A stretch of DNA of 64,000 bases from Prochlorococcus sp. AG-363-O15 (lineage in GTDB: Bacteria > Cyanobacteriota > Cyanobacteriia > PCC-6307 > Cyanobiaceae), in NCBI GenBank assembly GCA_003278255.1, contig QCFZ01000003.1, positions 55,450-119,449 of the forward strand. The letters are read 5' to 3'. Shown piece after piece: positions 7,919 through 17,578 of the stretch. Both the position numbers and the translations under genes were made by a program. The notes under the pieces are model-generated. The model had not been told where the DNA came from and did no database searches. It saw only the letters and a list, made by a program, of their open reading frames with translations. Numbering within the stretch: the first letter of the stretch is position 1; each line of letters starts with the position of its first letter.

Positions 7919-9730
7919 TTATGAACCTGCATATCGCAGAAGAATTAAGCCAGGAATCAAAAATGTCATAAGGAGAGTTAAACCTGCTCCATAACGTGTC
8001 ACATCTAAAAAACGATACCGCCCCGGCCCAAAAACCATAAGATTTGTTTGATATCCCATAGGAGTGAGAAAAGATTGACTCGCCCCGAACAATACAGTGA
8101 TTATTAAAGCCATTGGTGGAAGATTCATACCTGGAGCAAGTTGTATGGCAACAGGTGCAAGAAGAACAACAGATGCTGCATTGCTAATCACCTGAGTAAA
8201 AATCGTCGTTGCAAGAAAAATTATTAACAAAGCTGTATAGGTAGGCAAATCTGCTAATAAATACTCAAGGCTTCGAGCCAAGGCATCTGCCAAACCAGTG
8301 TTCTGCATAGCCACACTAAAACTTGAAAGCGAACCCAATAAAAGAATTACATCTAATCGAATAGACCGCTGCACTTCTCCTGCACGTATACAGCCTCCTA
8401 CCACCATTGCAATAACAGCTAGAAGTACTGATGAAACAAGTGGTAAAGAGGTCACAGTTGGGATAATCAACATTAAAATAGCGATTGCAATAGCAATTGG
8501 CTTGCGCCTAACATTTGGAAGGTCATTCTCTAATTGATCAAGTACAAGCAAGTCATTACTAGCTTGTAATCCACGAATCGAATCAATAGGAGCCTGAACA
8601 AGCAATACATCACCTTCTCTTAAAATTGCTTGGCCAAGACGTTCTTGAATTGTCTGTTGCCCACGTCTAAAAGCCAAAACTGTTGCATTATGACGCTGCC
8701 TAAAACGTAATTCACGTAAACTAGCTCCTGCCAAAGTTGATCCTGCCGGAAGCAATGCTTCAACTATCTTTTGGCAATCAATATCTGAATAAGATGGAGA
8801 AATATTCATTTCTCTCTTGGCTAATTGAACAGTGTGTTCCTGTTGCAAGCGAAGTAAATCTAAACGAGTAACTCTAAGTAATAAGCGATCTCCTGGCTCA
8901 ATTTTCCTATCTGCAAGCGGTGGCAAGAATCTTTCTTTGCCTCTTTGTAGTTCAAGCACATCTACATCGAACCTTCTTTGCAAACGACTATTATGCAAAG
9001 ATTGTCCTACTAATTCAGAGTTATCAGGTATTTTTACTTCCGTAAAATAACCAATCTGTTGAATATTTTCACCAAACTCATTTGCATCTCTTCCTCTATC
9101 AGGTAAAAGTGCTTGAGGTGCGAATAATAAATAAGTTGTCCCAACTAACCAAATAGGTATTCCAATCGCTGTAAAGCTAAATAACTCTAAAGAGCCATAA
9201 CCTAACTGTTCACTAATATCACTAACCAAAAGATTTACTGAACTCCCTAATAGAGTTAACGTACCTCCTAAAACAGTTGCGAAAGACAATGGCAATAAAA
9301 CTCTAGAAGGAGAAAGTTTTCTCCTGTGACACCATGATTCTATGACTGGCAATAAAGAAGCGACAACAGGAGTATTTGGAACAACTCCAGAAATCGGACC
9401 AACCACTAATCCCAATATTGCTATTAATCTTCTAGGTGTTCGAATACGTTCTGATGCAATAAGTTCACGTAAACGATCTAAAGCACCACTTTTAAATAGA
9501 GCTGCAGAAACCGCAAACAAACCCATCAAAGTGATCAATGCTGGGCTACCAAAACCTGCCAAAGCTTTTTGCGGTGTAAGTACACCAGTGGCAATTAACA
9601 AAGCCATGCTCAGCAACCCAGTCAGTTCAGGAGCCAAAAATCCGCTTATAAAAAGCACTATGGCCAACAAAAGAACTGCCAAGGTAATAAGAGCCTGCGG
9701 GTTCTGAAGAACAGCGCTTAGCTCATTCAT
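7919..9730 (-). CDS. SLC13/DASS-type anion permease with two central TrkA-C (RCK_C) domains
   Basis: N- and C-terminal polytopic halves flank two soluble repeats (GQSL..L...DVDVLELQRG ; GASLRELRFRQRHNATVLAFRRG), as seen in ArsB/NhaD-superfamily permeases. Confidence 0.75.
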   Translation of the reverse strand: MNELSAVLQNPQALITLAVLLLAIVLFISGFLAPELTGLLSMALLIATGVLTPQKALAGFGSPALITLMGLFAVSAALFKSGALDRLRELIASERIRTPRRLIAILGLVVGPISGVVPNTPVVASLLPVIESWCHRRKLSPSRVLLPLSFATVLGGTLTLLGSSVNLLVSDISEQLGYGSLELFSFTAIGIPIWLVGTTYLLFAPQALLPDRGRDANEFGENIQQIGYFTEVKIPDNSELVGQSLHNSRLQRRFDVDVLELQRGKERFLPPLADRKIEPGDRLLLRVTRLDLLRLQQEHTVQLAKREMNISPSYSDIDCQKIVEALLPAGSTLAGASLRELRFRQRHNATVLAFRRGQQTIQERLGQAILREGDVLLVQAPIDSIRGLQASNDLLVLDQLENDLPNVRRKPIAIAIAILMLIIPTVTSLPLVSSVLLAVIAMVVGGCIRAGEVQRSIRLDVILLLGSLSSFSVAMQNTGLADALARSLEYLLADLPTYTALLIIFLATTIFTQVISNAASVVLLAPVAIQLAPGMNLPPMALIITVLFGASQSFLTPMGYQTNLMVFGPGRYRFLDVTRYGAGLTLLMTFLIPGLILLRYAGS

Positions 9731-11423
9731 ATTTTCCCTTTTTGGAATTGCCTATAGTCAATTCTGCACTGTGGTGATCCCAAAAGTGTTCATACAAGCA
9801 CTTCTTAAGTCCTTTAAGTCCAGAACCAGATGTTGCAGAGACATAAATGACATGAGGATTCACTCGGTTCATTAATTCTAAAGAGTTTCTGTCACATCGA
9901 TCAATTTGATTGGCAACTACTTTCCGTAATGACTTCGCACCAATTATATCAAGTAAATTATTAACTGCATCCAGTTGTAGTTGCCAGTCTGGGTTCGAAA
10001 GGTCTACCACTAAAAGCAAAAGATCTGCTGCAATAGTTTCCTCAAGAGTAGCTCTAAATGCCTCAATCAAAGAATTAGGTAATTCTCTAATAAAGCCTAC
10101 TGTATCTGTAATCAAAATCTCTTCAGGTGCTTTGCCTGGCTGAGGAAATCTCAAGCGTCTTGTCGCAGGATCTAAAGTTGCAAACAATTTATCTTCTGCA
10201 AGGACTCTACCTTTAGGAGTTAATGAGCATAAAGAGTTTAACAACGAAGATTTACCTACATTTGTATAACCGACTAAAGCCACTCTAGGGATTCCACCTC
10301 GATTCGAGCGAATCAACGCTCTGTGGTTTTCAAGCTGTTTTAAATCTCTCATCAAACGATCTATTCTCCTCAGAATTGCGCGACGATCTTTCTCTAACTG
10401 CGTTTCACCTGGACCCCGAGTACCAATACCACCCCCCTGGCGAGAAAGACTTTGGCCGCGACCAATAAGCCTGGGAATGCGATAACGAAGTTGTGCCAGT
10501 TCAACTTGCAGTCGACCAGCAGAACTTGACGCTCTTTGAGCAAAAATGTCCAATATTAATTCACTTCTATCCATAACTGGACAAACAAGTAAACGCTCTA
10601 GATTTCTTGCTTGTGATGGTGTTAATTCACGATCTGTAATCACCAAAGTAGCGTCATATCTTCTTATCAAAAAAGCGGTTTCTTGAAGTTTTCCTTTGCC
10701 CCATATTGTTTGTGGATTATGTAATTTGTTTTTTTGAGATGCAACTGCCACTGGACATCCTCCGGCACTTCGCACTAAGGCCTCTAATTCTGCAAGATTC
10801 CTTTCACTAACCTTCTTGTCAGAATCTACAATGGTTAATAATAATATTCTTTCTTTGATATTCAGTGCATTTATTTCTTCATGGTCTAAAGGAAGGCAGG
10901 AATCAGAAAATTCACAAATTTGTTGTAATTTACCTTTCTTAAGTAAACTCCAACCATTTTTCATGGCAGAATTAATTTGCCACAAAGAAGCAGCTCTCAT
11001 ACCTAAAGAGTCTTCTGATGAGGAAAATCTCAACCAAAAAGTTGGATGCAAATCCAATGCTGCCACGGCATTATGGCTATCTGGCATACAATCATGATTC
11101 TGTACATTTAACAAGCAACTAATTAAACGCAAATATTTTTTATTAGGTCTAGACAAGTCTGATAAATAACTCCAAATTTGACCTGGTTTATCAAAATGGC
11201 CTACCCATAGCAAGCGACATAAACCTCTACCATCCAAAACCATATGAAGAGGTTGGTTTAGGTTCACAGATTCACAGCCTAATTTTTCCAAAGTTTGTTG
11301 ATCTGCTCCCTTAAGCTCTGGATGTCTAACATGACATAAAACTTCCAAATTTCTCTGTTGAGATGGTCTTAAACCTTTTGTCTGTCCTGCTAAATGAGCT
11401 TGTTTCAATTGCCTAACAACCAA
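9723..11423 (-). CDS. hflX: GTPase HflX with a ~185-aa N-terminal extension
   Basis: Motifs G1 GYTNVGKSSLLN, G2 ATLDP and G3 DTVGF, plus the HflX-N Gly-rich loop (QGGGIGTRGPGETQLE). The 3' end overlaps the next gene by 8 nt. Confidence 0.9.
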   Translation of the reverse strand: MVVRQLKQAHLAGQTKGLRPSQQRNLEVLCHVRHPELKGADQQTLEKLGCESVNLNQPLHMVLDGRGLCRLLWVGHFDKPGQIWSYLSDLSRPNKKYLRLISCLLNVQNHDCMPDSHNAVAALDLHPTFWLRFSSSEDSLGMRAASLWQINSAMKNGWSLLKKGKLQQICEFSDSCLPLDHEEINALNIKERILLLTIVDSDKKVSERNLAELEALVRSAGGCPVAVASQKNKLHNPQTIWGKGKLQETAFLIRRYDATLVITDRELTPSQARNLERLLVCPVMDRSELILDIFAQRASSSAGRLQVELAQLRYRIPRLIGRGQSLSRQGGGIGTRGPGETQLEKDRRAILRRIDRLMRDLKQLENHRALIRSNRGGIPRVALVGYTNVGKSSLLNSLCSLTPKGRVLAEDKLFATLDPATRRLRFPQPGKAPEEILITDTVGFIRELPNSLIEAFRATLEETIAADLLLLVVDLSNPDWQLQLDAVNNLLDIIGAKSLRKVVANQIDRCDRNSLELMNRVNPHVIYVSATSGSGLKGLKKCLYEHFWDHHSAELTIGNSKKGKYE

Positions 11424-12574
11424 GATCCTGCTGCTTTAATACCTAAAGCAATATCTGGCAATCTCGTTAAATAAGTCATCCTTCTAATTTTAAAAGCTAA
11501 AGGTCCAGAAAGAGTGAAGCCCAGGCCAGTAATGGTTGCTTCACCTAGACCTAAACTAAGCATCTCCCCTAAATCATAAAATTTAAATGCTTTAAGTTTT
11601 TTATTAGCTCGACTAGCTAACAAATTATTAGCCACTAATTCTCCTTGTTGCATTGCAACCTGCGCATTTGATGAATATTGAATTGACTCAGAATTCGCAA
11701 TATCTCCAAGAGCAAAAACATCTTTCAGACCAATCACTTGCAAACAATCATTGACAGGTAATTTTGAACCTTTTAACAAGATTTCTCGATCAAAATCAGG
11801 AATCACAGGCTTTGAGCCTGCAGCCCAAACTAATCCATTATGTGATAAGAAAGAAGATTGAGATTCTTCGTCTTTTAGTTGATGAAGTTGAACATTATCT
11901 TCTTGAATACAAACTACACGAGTATTCAAATGGATTCTGATATTTCTTTTATTTAATGCCATTTCTGCCTGTTCTTGATTGAATGATGTCCCTTGTGGCA
12001 ATATACAATCCCCAAGTTCAATTAAATGAACTTGAACATTATTATCTAACAGATCATAAAACTTACAAGCAAGTTCTATGCCTGTAGGGCCTGCTCCTAC
12101 TATCACGAAATTTTTTTCCGAAGAGGCAGAACAGTTGAAATCCTGTATCTTTTGTCTTAAGGGTTCTACATCTTCCAATTTCTGAAACAGATAAGCATAT
12201 TCTTTCACCCCAGGCACCCCATAATCCTGTGACTCAGATCCAGTACTAAGGACAAGTTGAGCAAAATCAATATTTAAGCCTGAAGAAGTAATTACTCTGT
12301 AATTACTTATATCAACCTTAACGACGAATTCTTCTATTAAGACTATACCTTTTTGATTTAAGAAAGATTTATATTGAGGGGCTACTTCCCAAAGGTTAAG
12401 CTCTCGACTAAATAGCTCATACAACAAAGGTAAAAAAACAAACCTTTGACGTGGCTCTATTAAAATGATTGGTGGCCGAGGATACTTGCGGCTTAAAACC
12501 AAGGCTGTTGTGAGCCCGCCAAACCCGCCCCCGACTATGACCACAGCACCTGAGTTATCCATAAATAGAGCCAT
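11405..12574 (-). CDS. Type II NAD(P)H dehydrogenase (NDH-2) / pyridine nucleotide-disulfide oxidoreductase
   Basis: Two dinucleotide-binding motifs (VVIVGGGFGGL ; FVIVGAGPTGIE) and a size and layout typical of NDH-2. Confidence 0.8.
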   Translation of the reverse strand: MALFMDNSGAVVIVGGGFGGLTTALVLSRKYPRPPIILIEPRQRFVFLPLLYELFSRELNLWEVAPQYKSFLNQKGIVLIEEFVVKVDISNYRVITSSGLNIDFAQLVLSTGSESQDYGVPGVKEYAYLFQKLEDVEPLRQKIQDFNCSASSEKNFVIVGAGPTGIELACKFYDLLDNNVQVHLIELGDCILPQGTSFNQEQAEMALNKRNIRIHLNTRVVCIQEDNVQLHQLKDEESQSSFLSHNGLVWAAGSKPVIPDFDREILLKGSKLPVNDCLQVIGLKDVFALGDIANSESIQYSSNAQVAMQQGELVANNLLASRANKKLKAFKFYDLGEMLSLGLGEATITGLGFTLSGPLAFKIRRMTYLTRLPDIALGIKAAGSWLLGN

Positions 12575-12590
12575 GCTCTAGCAAAATGGG

Positions 12591-13436
12591 ATGGATTCTG
12601 AAACCCTAAACAACCTTAAGGAAAATGCGACATTAAAAGATGGAATAATGAATCCTGAATCAATCGCTACTACTTCCAAAGCGGTAAAACTCAATGATGA
12701 GGTACAGGTGAACTCACAACTTGGCTCCTCACTCAATGAAATTCAAACTCAGCTTGGAACCTTATCGCCTCAAGAGCGACTTAAATGGGCATATGAAAAG
12801 TTTGGTCCAGGGTTTGCAGTAACCACCAGTTTTGGGATTCAATCAGCAGTATTACTGCACATGATCCACACCTTTGAGAAAGGTTCGGAAATACCCGTCA
12901 TCTGGATTGACACTGGTTACTTACCTTCAGAGACATATCTCTACGCAGATCTACTGACAAAAAAACTCTCTCTTAACTTAAAAGTGACCCAAAGTGAAAT
13001 TTCACCAGCAAGAATGGAAGCATTGCATGGCAAACTTTGGGAAACAAACTCTTTACAGGACATAGAAAAGTATCACTTAATTCGTAAAATTGAACCACTT
13101 GAAAATTCACTACAAAAACACAATGTTGCCTGTTGGGCAAGTGGGGTTAGAGGTATGCAAACGGATCATCGTCGATCTATGAGTTGGCTAGATCAAATTC
13201 GAGGAAGATTTTCACTTAGGCCTTTGCTCAACTGGACAAAGAAAGATATTTTTTACTACATGCAAGAAAATGGTTTGCCACAACATCCTCTTTTTGATAA
13301 AGGCTATTCAACCGTTGGTGACTGGCATTCAAGTGGTCCAGATGGTGCTGAATCAAATGGAAGGAATACTCGTTTTGGCGGACTTAAACAAGAATGTGGA
13401 ATTCATCTTCCTGGATTGATGGGAGAAGGTATCTGA
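12591..13436 (+). CDS. cysH: Phosphoadenosine phosphosulfate (PAPS/APS) reductase
   Basis: PAPS_reduct fold motifs and the conserved C-terminal KQECGIH (ECG[IL]H) redox motif. Confidence 0.85.
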   Translation: MDSETLNNLKENATLKDGIMNPESIATTSKAVKLNDEVQVNSQLGSSLNEIQTQLGTLSPQERLKWAYEKFGPGFAVTTSFGIQSAVLLHMIHTFEKGSEIPVIWIDTGYLPSETYLYADLLTKKLSLNLKVTQSEISPARMEALHGKLWETNSLQDIEKYHLIRKIEPLENSLQKHNVACWASGVRGMQTDHRRSMSWLDQIRGRFSLRPLLNWTKKDIFYYMQENGLPQHPLFDKGYSTVGDWHSSGPDGAESNGRNTRFGGLKQECGIHLPGLMGEGI

Positions 13437-14173
13437 AACAAAAAGCTCTTAAATGTTGCCTACTAATAGGAAATAGTCGATGGCACTGGGCCTTGAAGAA
13501 TGATGAGCGTTGGCATTTCTTTCATACAGATCCTGATCTTAAAGAACTTGAATTCATTGAATCCCCTCTATTCTCTTGGGCAGCAGTGGGAAAAATCCCT
13601 ACTACAACTCTGTTAGATCCTATTTGTAGAATGTCGATAAAAGATATTCCATTGATAGGACTACCTTCATGGCTAGGCATTGATAGAGCCTTAGGAGCTT
13701 GGGGAGCATTTAAACGAGCTCAAAAATTTAAATCTAAGACCAATAACAATGGATTACTTATCGCTGATGCAGGTACTGTATTAAGTCTGACAAGAATTAA
13801 AGCAAATGGCGAGTTTGGTGGGGGACAACTAATAGCTGGCATGCGATTACAACTTCAAGCTATGTCAGAAGGCACTAAACAATTAAAAAATCCAGGTTTA
13901 AGTCCTTTATCTCAAGAAGTATTCCCCTATGCAACAGATGAAGCGATGATAAGGGGTAGCTTTCAAGCATTACTTGGTGCTCTGGTTGAAGCAGAACGAG
14001 AAGCAAAAACCTCTCTCTGGTTATGCGGAGGAGATGGACCAATATTTTTAGAAAATCTGATCAAACGTAAAATTCAAGTCTTCCACCATCCCAACCTTGT
14101 CATGGAAGGAATGGTAGATATACAAAATATACTCAATCAAAACCAAGATCAGCTAAAATCTGATTTGCCATAA
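13394..14173 (+). CDS. coaX: Type III pantothenate kinase
   Basis: CLLIGNSRWHWAL matches the CoaX N-terminal phosphate-1 motif (IGN[ST]R..W); a DAGT motif is also present. The only ATG (13394) overlaps cysH by 43 nt, so the start is uncertain. The 3' end overlaps convergent bcp by 41 nt. Confidence 0.75.
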   Translation: MWNSSSWIDGRRYLKQKALKCCLLIGNSRWHWALKNDERWHFFHTDPDLKELEFIESPLFSWAAVGKIPTTTLLDPICRMSIKDIPLIGLPSWLGIDRALGAWGAFKRAQKFKSKTNNNGLLIADAGTVLSLTRIKANGEFGGGQLIAGMRLQLQAMSEGTKQLKNPGLSPLSQEVFPYATDEAMIRGSFQALLGALVEAEREAKTSLWLCGGDGPIFLENLIKRKIQVFHHPNLVMEGMVDIQNILNQNQDQLKSDLP

Positions 14174-14600
14174 TTTCTGCTTTAACCTTGCGATAAATTA
14201 TTTCAATGTTTCCTGCTTCATCAAGCACAAAAGTATGGCGCATCATCCCCATATATTCGCGACCCATAAACTTTTTTAACCCATAACTCTCATAAGCACT
14301 TGCCACTGCGCAAGGCTCTTCATCAGTCAAAAGCGTAAAAGGAAGGTCATACTTATTTTTAAACTTAACGTGAGAAGCTGCGCCATCTTTACTAATTCCA
14401 AGCACCTGAATTCCTTTATTCTCAAGGTCAGTCCACCGATCACGAAAATTACAAGCCTCCTTTGTACAGCCAGGGGTATCGTCTTTGGGATAGAAATAGA
14501 GGACAACCCGTTGTCCTCTAAGTGATGAAAGCTTTACAAGCACGCCCTCCTGGTTTGGGAGTGTGAAATCTGGTGCTCGATCACCAATTTGCAAAGACAT
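14133..14600 (-). CDS. bcp: Peroxiredoxin, Bcp/PrxQ type
   Basis: The peroxidatic Cys motif YPKDDTPGCTKEAC is typical of PrxQ/BCP; 155 aa. Confidence 0.9.
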   Translation of the reverse strand: MSLQIGDRAPDFTLPNQEGVLVKLSSLRGQRVVLYFYPKDDTPGCTKEACNFRDRWTDLENKGIQVLGISKDGAASHVKFKNKYDLPFTLLTDEEPCAVASAYESYGLKKFMGREYMGMMRHTFVLDEAGNIEIIYRKVKAEIMANQILADLGFD

Positions 14601-14605
14601 CTTCT

Positions 14606-15256
14606 ATGCCTGAAATGACTAGCTCAAGACTAATGGCGCTTTGGCTATTTCCAAAGCATTTCAAACCTAAACAAATCACTAGAGAAGAGAAAGAATGGTC
14701 AAATCAACTCCCTGATAAGCGTTCAATAGGATACAAACATTCTAGAGGGTGTTTAAGAGAAGCATTGTCAAATTTTTGGAAAGTAGATGCTTTAGAAATT
14801 CCTTTAATAGCGAGTCCAGGAAAGCCGCCAAAATTAGCCAATGGCTGGGGATATGTGAGTATTAGTCATTGCGATGATGCACTACTTATCGGATGGTCAA
14901 AATACCGATTAGGACTAGATATAGAAAGAGCAGATAGACAATTTGCAGCTAGATCTCTGAGTCAACGGTACTTTACTGAATTAGAGCAAATAGAATTAAA
15001 ACAGTTGAACAAGAAAAAACTTTATACCTATACCTTACAAAAATGGGTAAAAAAAGAAGCTGCGATTAAATGGCAAAGAGGCAAACTAGCAAAAGATCTA
15101 CGCCAATGGGAAGTCAGTATTGATTCCAAGCTGGCTGTACATAGAAGACTAGGTTATAAAGTAAATGTCTTCAGTTTAAATTATCAAGCATGGATAATTG
15201 GGATAGCATCTTATAATCATATAAACAACATAAGCAAGTTAATTTGCTTATATTAG
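14606..15256 (+). CDS. Sfp/HetI-type 4'-phosphopantetheinyl transferase
   Basis: PPTase motifs ISISHCDD, GLDIE and KEAAIKW. I chose the ATG at 14606 because the track start at 14573 overlaps the divergent bcp start. Confidence 0.8.
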   Translation: MPEMTSSRLMALWLFPKHFKPKQITREEKEWSNQLPDKRSIGYKHSRGCLREALSNFWKVDALEIPLIASPGKPPKLANGWGYVSISHCDDALLIGWSKYRLGLDIERADRQFAARSLSQRYFTELEQIELKQLNKKKLYTYTLQKWVKKEAAIKWQRGKLAKDLRQWEVSIDSKLAVHRRLGYKVNVFSLNYQAWIIGIASYNHINNISKLICLY

Positions 15257-17511
15257 AGAGAGCCGATTAATCGTTGATGAATAACATTTTGAGGTATTGT
15301 TTGACCATAAAGACGTTTTAATATTGACTGGAAACACTTCAAGTTATCTGACGATGTAAATTGATTTACTAATTTTGCATACATTCCTTGAGAGTCTAAC
15401 CATCTATTCTCTAGTTCCTCACCAATTCTTAAGCTCAAAGATTCTTCCCAGTGCTCATGTTGAATCTTCCAATTATTTTGCCGAAGAACATCTACAAGCA
15501 AATTCTCCTGACGTTGAGATTGCAAATAAACTTCTTCTATCTCCACAAGAAGATTAAGACAGCGATCTTCTTCTGTGCTAATTAAATTTGATGGCAAAAT
15601 AGACTTAACAGATTCTGCAGGGCCAATAGAAGGATTACTAATTAATATCCTCAAGCCAGAATTAAAGCTACATTTGCGAGTAATCACTTCCCATATGTCA
15701 AATAAATTTTTATTTTTTAATTCACTGTTACCTATGCGTCCACCAATCCACTCAAATGTATGTTGATCTGGCAGATTTTCTAATTGCTCCATACTTTCTT
15801 TCATGATTTGAGGGCGTAGTATATAATCAATATATTCAATTTGATCTGATAGTTTTTTGCAATCATCTTTAGATTGACTTAAAATAATCACACCACCTTC
15901 TGAAACAGATTTCAATGGCTCTAAAGCCCAAAATATCGAGTTAATACCTATAATTAATACTCTATCATTACGCTTCCAAGTCACTCCTGACCATAACTTG
16001 TGAAGTAATTTCTGTAATCTTTCTTCTTCTTGATTTAACTTAGATTGCATCCATCTCTCAAAATTAGGGCTGATAGATGGACTGATCATTTGCAACGCAT
16101 CTGCTTCGTTTAATGCGTTTGCAGCTGCAAGTTGCAAGGCTCTTCTTTCACACATCTTTTGCCGACAATTGCCTTCCCAACCGTGTACGGTTGGGTGCCA
16201 GAAAACCTCACGTTGTAATTGCTTAGGAAGATATTGTTGTGACACCCAATTATCTGGATATGTATGTGGATACTTATAACCAACACCATCACTAAATGCA
16301 TTGCTATCTCGATGAGAGTCTCGCAGATGACTAGGAACATCCTGTTTCTGACTAGACCGTACTAGATTTTGCGCTTTAAAATAAGCATTTACACTATTAC
16401 TTTTCTCAGCAGCTGCTAAATATAAAACTGCTTGAGCAAGAAAATAAAGCCCTTCTGGCAATCCAACTCTTTCAAAGGATGCTGCACAAGCTTCAACAAC
16501 TACAATGGCTTGTGGATCTGCTAATCCAACATCTTCACTTGCTGCAATCAACATACGCCGAAAAATATATCTAGGACTCTCACCTGCTTCAACCATCCGT
16601 GCCAACCAAAACAAAGCTGCATCGGGATCTGAACCTCGCAATGATTTAATAAAAGCGCTAATTGTGTCAAAATGTGCATCTCCCTGCTTGTCGTACAAAA
16701 TCGCCCGCTCTTGAATCGACTCTTCTGCAATTGATAAATCAATCTCGATAATTCCAGATTCATTTTTTGGAGTACTTTCTACAGCAAGTTCAATCGCATT
16801 TAATAAACTTCTTGCGTCACCATTAGCTACATCAACTAAATGATTAACGGCTTCTTCACTAATGCTAATAGAACGCTCACCAAAGCCCCTGGTTTTATCT
16901 TTAAGAGCTCTATATAGAAGAGATTCTAAATGCTCTGGCTCTAGAGGTAACAGTCTAAAAACTCTCGTGCGACTAATCAGTGCTTTATTAACTTCAAAAT
17001 ATGGATTTTCAGTAGTCGCACCTATTAATATGAGTGTGCCATTTTCAACCCAAGGCAAAAGTGCGTCTTGCTGGGCAGTATTAAATCGATGAACTTCGTC
17101 AATAAAAACAATAGATCGCAAACCATATTGATCTAAACGTTTTTTGGAAGAGGCTACTTCTTCACGAATTTCTTTCACTCCTGCCAAAACAGCATTCAAA
17201 ACTGAAAAATGTGACCGAGTATTAGCTGCGATAATCTTGGCCAATGTTGTCTTTCCTACACCAGGAGGTCCATGGAATAAAAGGTTGCCTATCTGATCAG
17301 CAGCTATAGCGCGTCTTAGCAGGCGACCTTCAGCCAGAATGGCACTCTGACCTACAAATTCATCTAGATTTCTGGGACGCAGTCTTTCTGCAAGCGGTGC
17401 ATTCCGCTGCAATTCCTGGTCGCCTTGATAAGAGAAAAGGTCCAGATTCAAAGATTTATATGTACCGAACAATATTATGACTATACAAATCAATATGATT
17501 TGTATAGTCAT
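15253..17511 (-). CDS. rarA: RarA/MgsA (WRNIP1-like) AAA+ recombination ATPase fused to a ~300-aa C-terminal methyltransferase-fold-like domain
   Basis: PLAERLRPRNLDEFVGQ, Walker A GPPGVGKTT, Walker B FIDEVHRFN and the MgsA_C region (YKYPH) occupy aa ~30-470. Another ~280 aa follow. The annotated ATG lies inside a perfect palindrome, so the real start may be the TTG near 17451. Confidence 0.85.
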   Translation of the reverse strand: MTIQIILICIVIILFGTYKSLNLDLFSYQGDQELQRNAPLAERLRPRNLDEFVGQSAILAEGRLLRRAIAADQIGNLLFHGPPGVGKTTLAKIIAANTRSHFSVLNAVLAGVKEIREEVASSKKRLDQYGLRSIVFIDEVHRFNTAQQDALLPWVENGTLILIGATTENPYFEVNKALISRTRVFRLLPLEPEHLESLLYRALKDKTRGFGERSISISEEAVNHLVDVANGDARSLLNAIELAVESTPKNESGIIEIDLSIAEESIQERAILYDKQGDAHFDTISAFIKSLRGSDPDAALFWLARMVEAGESPRYIFRRMLIAASEDVGLADPQAIVVVEACAASFERVGLPEGLYFLAQAVLYLAAAEKSNSVNAYFKAQNLVRSSQKQDVPSHLRDSHRDSNAFSDGVGYKYPHTYPDNWVSQQYLPKQLQREVFWHPTVHGWEGNCRQKMCERRALQLAAANALNEADALQMISPSISPNFERWMQSKLNQEEERLQKLLHKLWSGVTWKRNDRVLIIGINSIFWALEPLKSVSEGGVIILSQSKDDCKKLSDQIEYIDYILRPQIMKESMEQLENLPDQHTFEWIGGRIGNSELKNKNLFDIWEVITRKCSFNSGLRILISNPSIGPAESVKSILPSNLISTEEDRCLNLLVEIEEVYLQSQRQENLLVDVLRQNNWKIQHEHWEESLSLRIGEELENRWLDSQGMYAKLVNQFTSSDNLKCFQSILKRLYGQTIPQNVIHQRLIGSL
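17477..17511. repeat. Perfect 16-bp inverted repeat with a 3-nt spacer (ATGACTATACAAATCA-ATA-TGATTTGTATAGTCAT)
   Basis: Read directly from the sequence. It lies between the pgm stop (17579) and the conserved part of rarA and covers the first 11 'codons' of the track ORF. Confidence 0.9.
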
Positions 17512-17578
17512 AGAAATCTTATTTAAAGAACTCTAATCATAAGATAAGAGCATATTTAGTTTTAGAAGTCATTTACAT

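Noticed and set aside
17452-17511. Hydrophobic N-terminal 'signal/TM' segment of the RarA-like ORF
   Set aside because: It is encoded by the two arms of a perfect DNA palindrome. It is most likely untranslated, so I do not take it as evidence for a membrane-anchored RarA.
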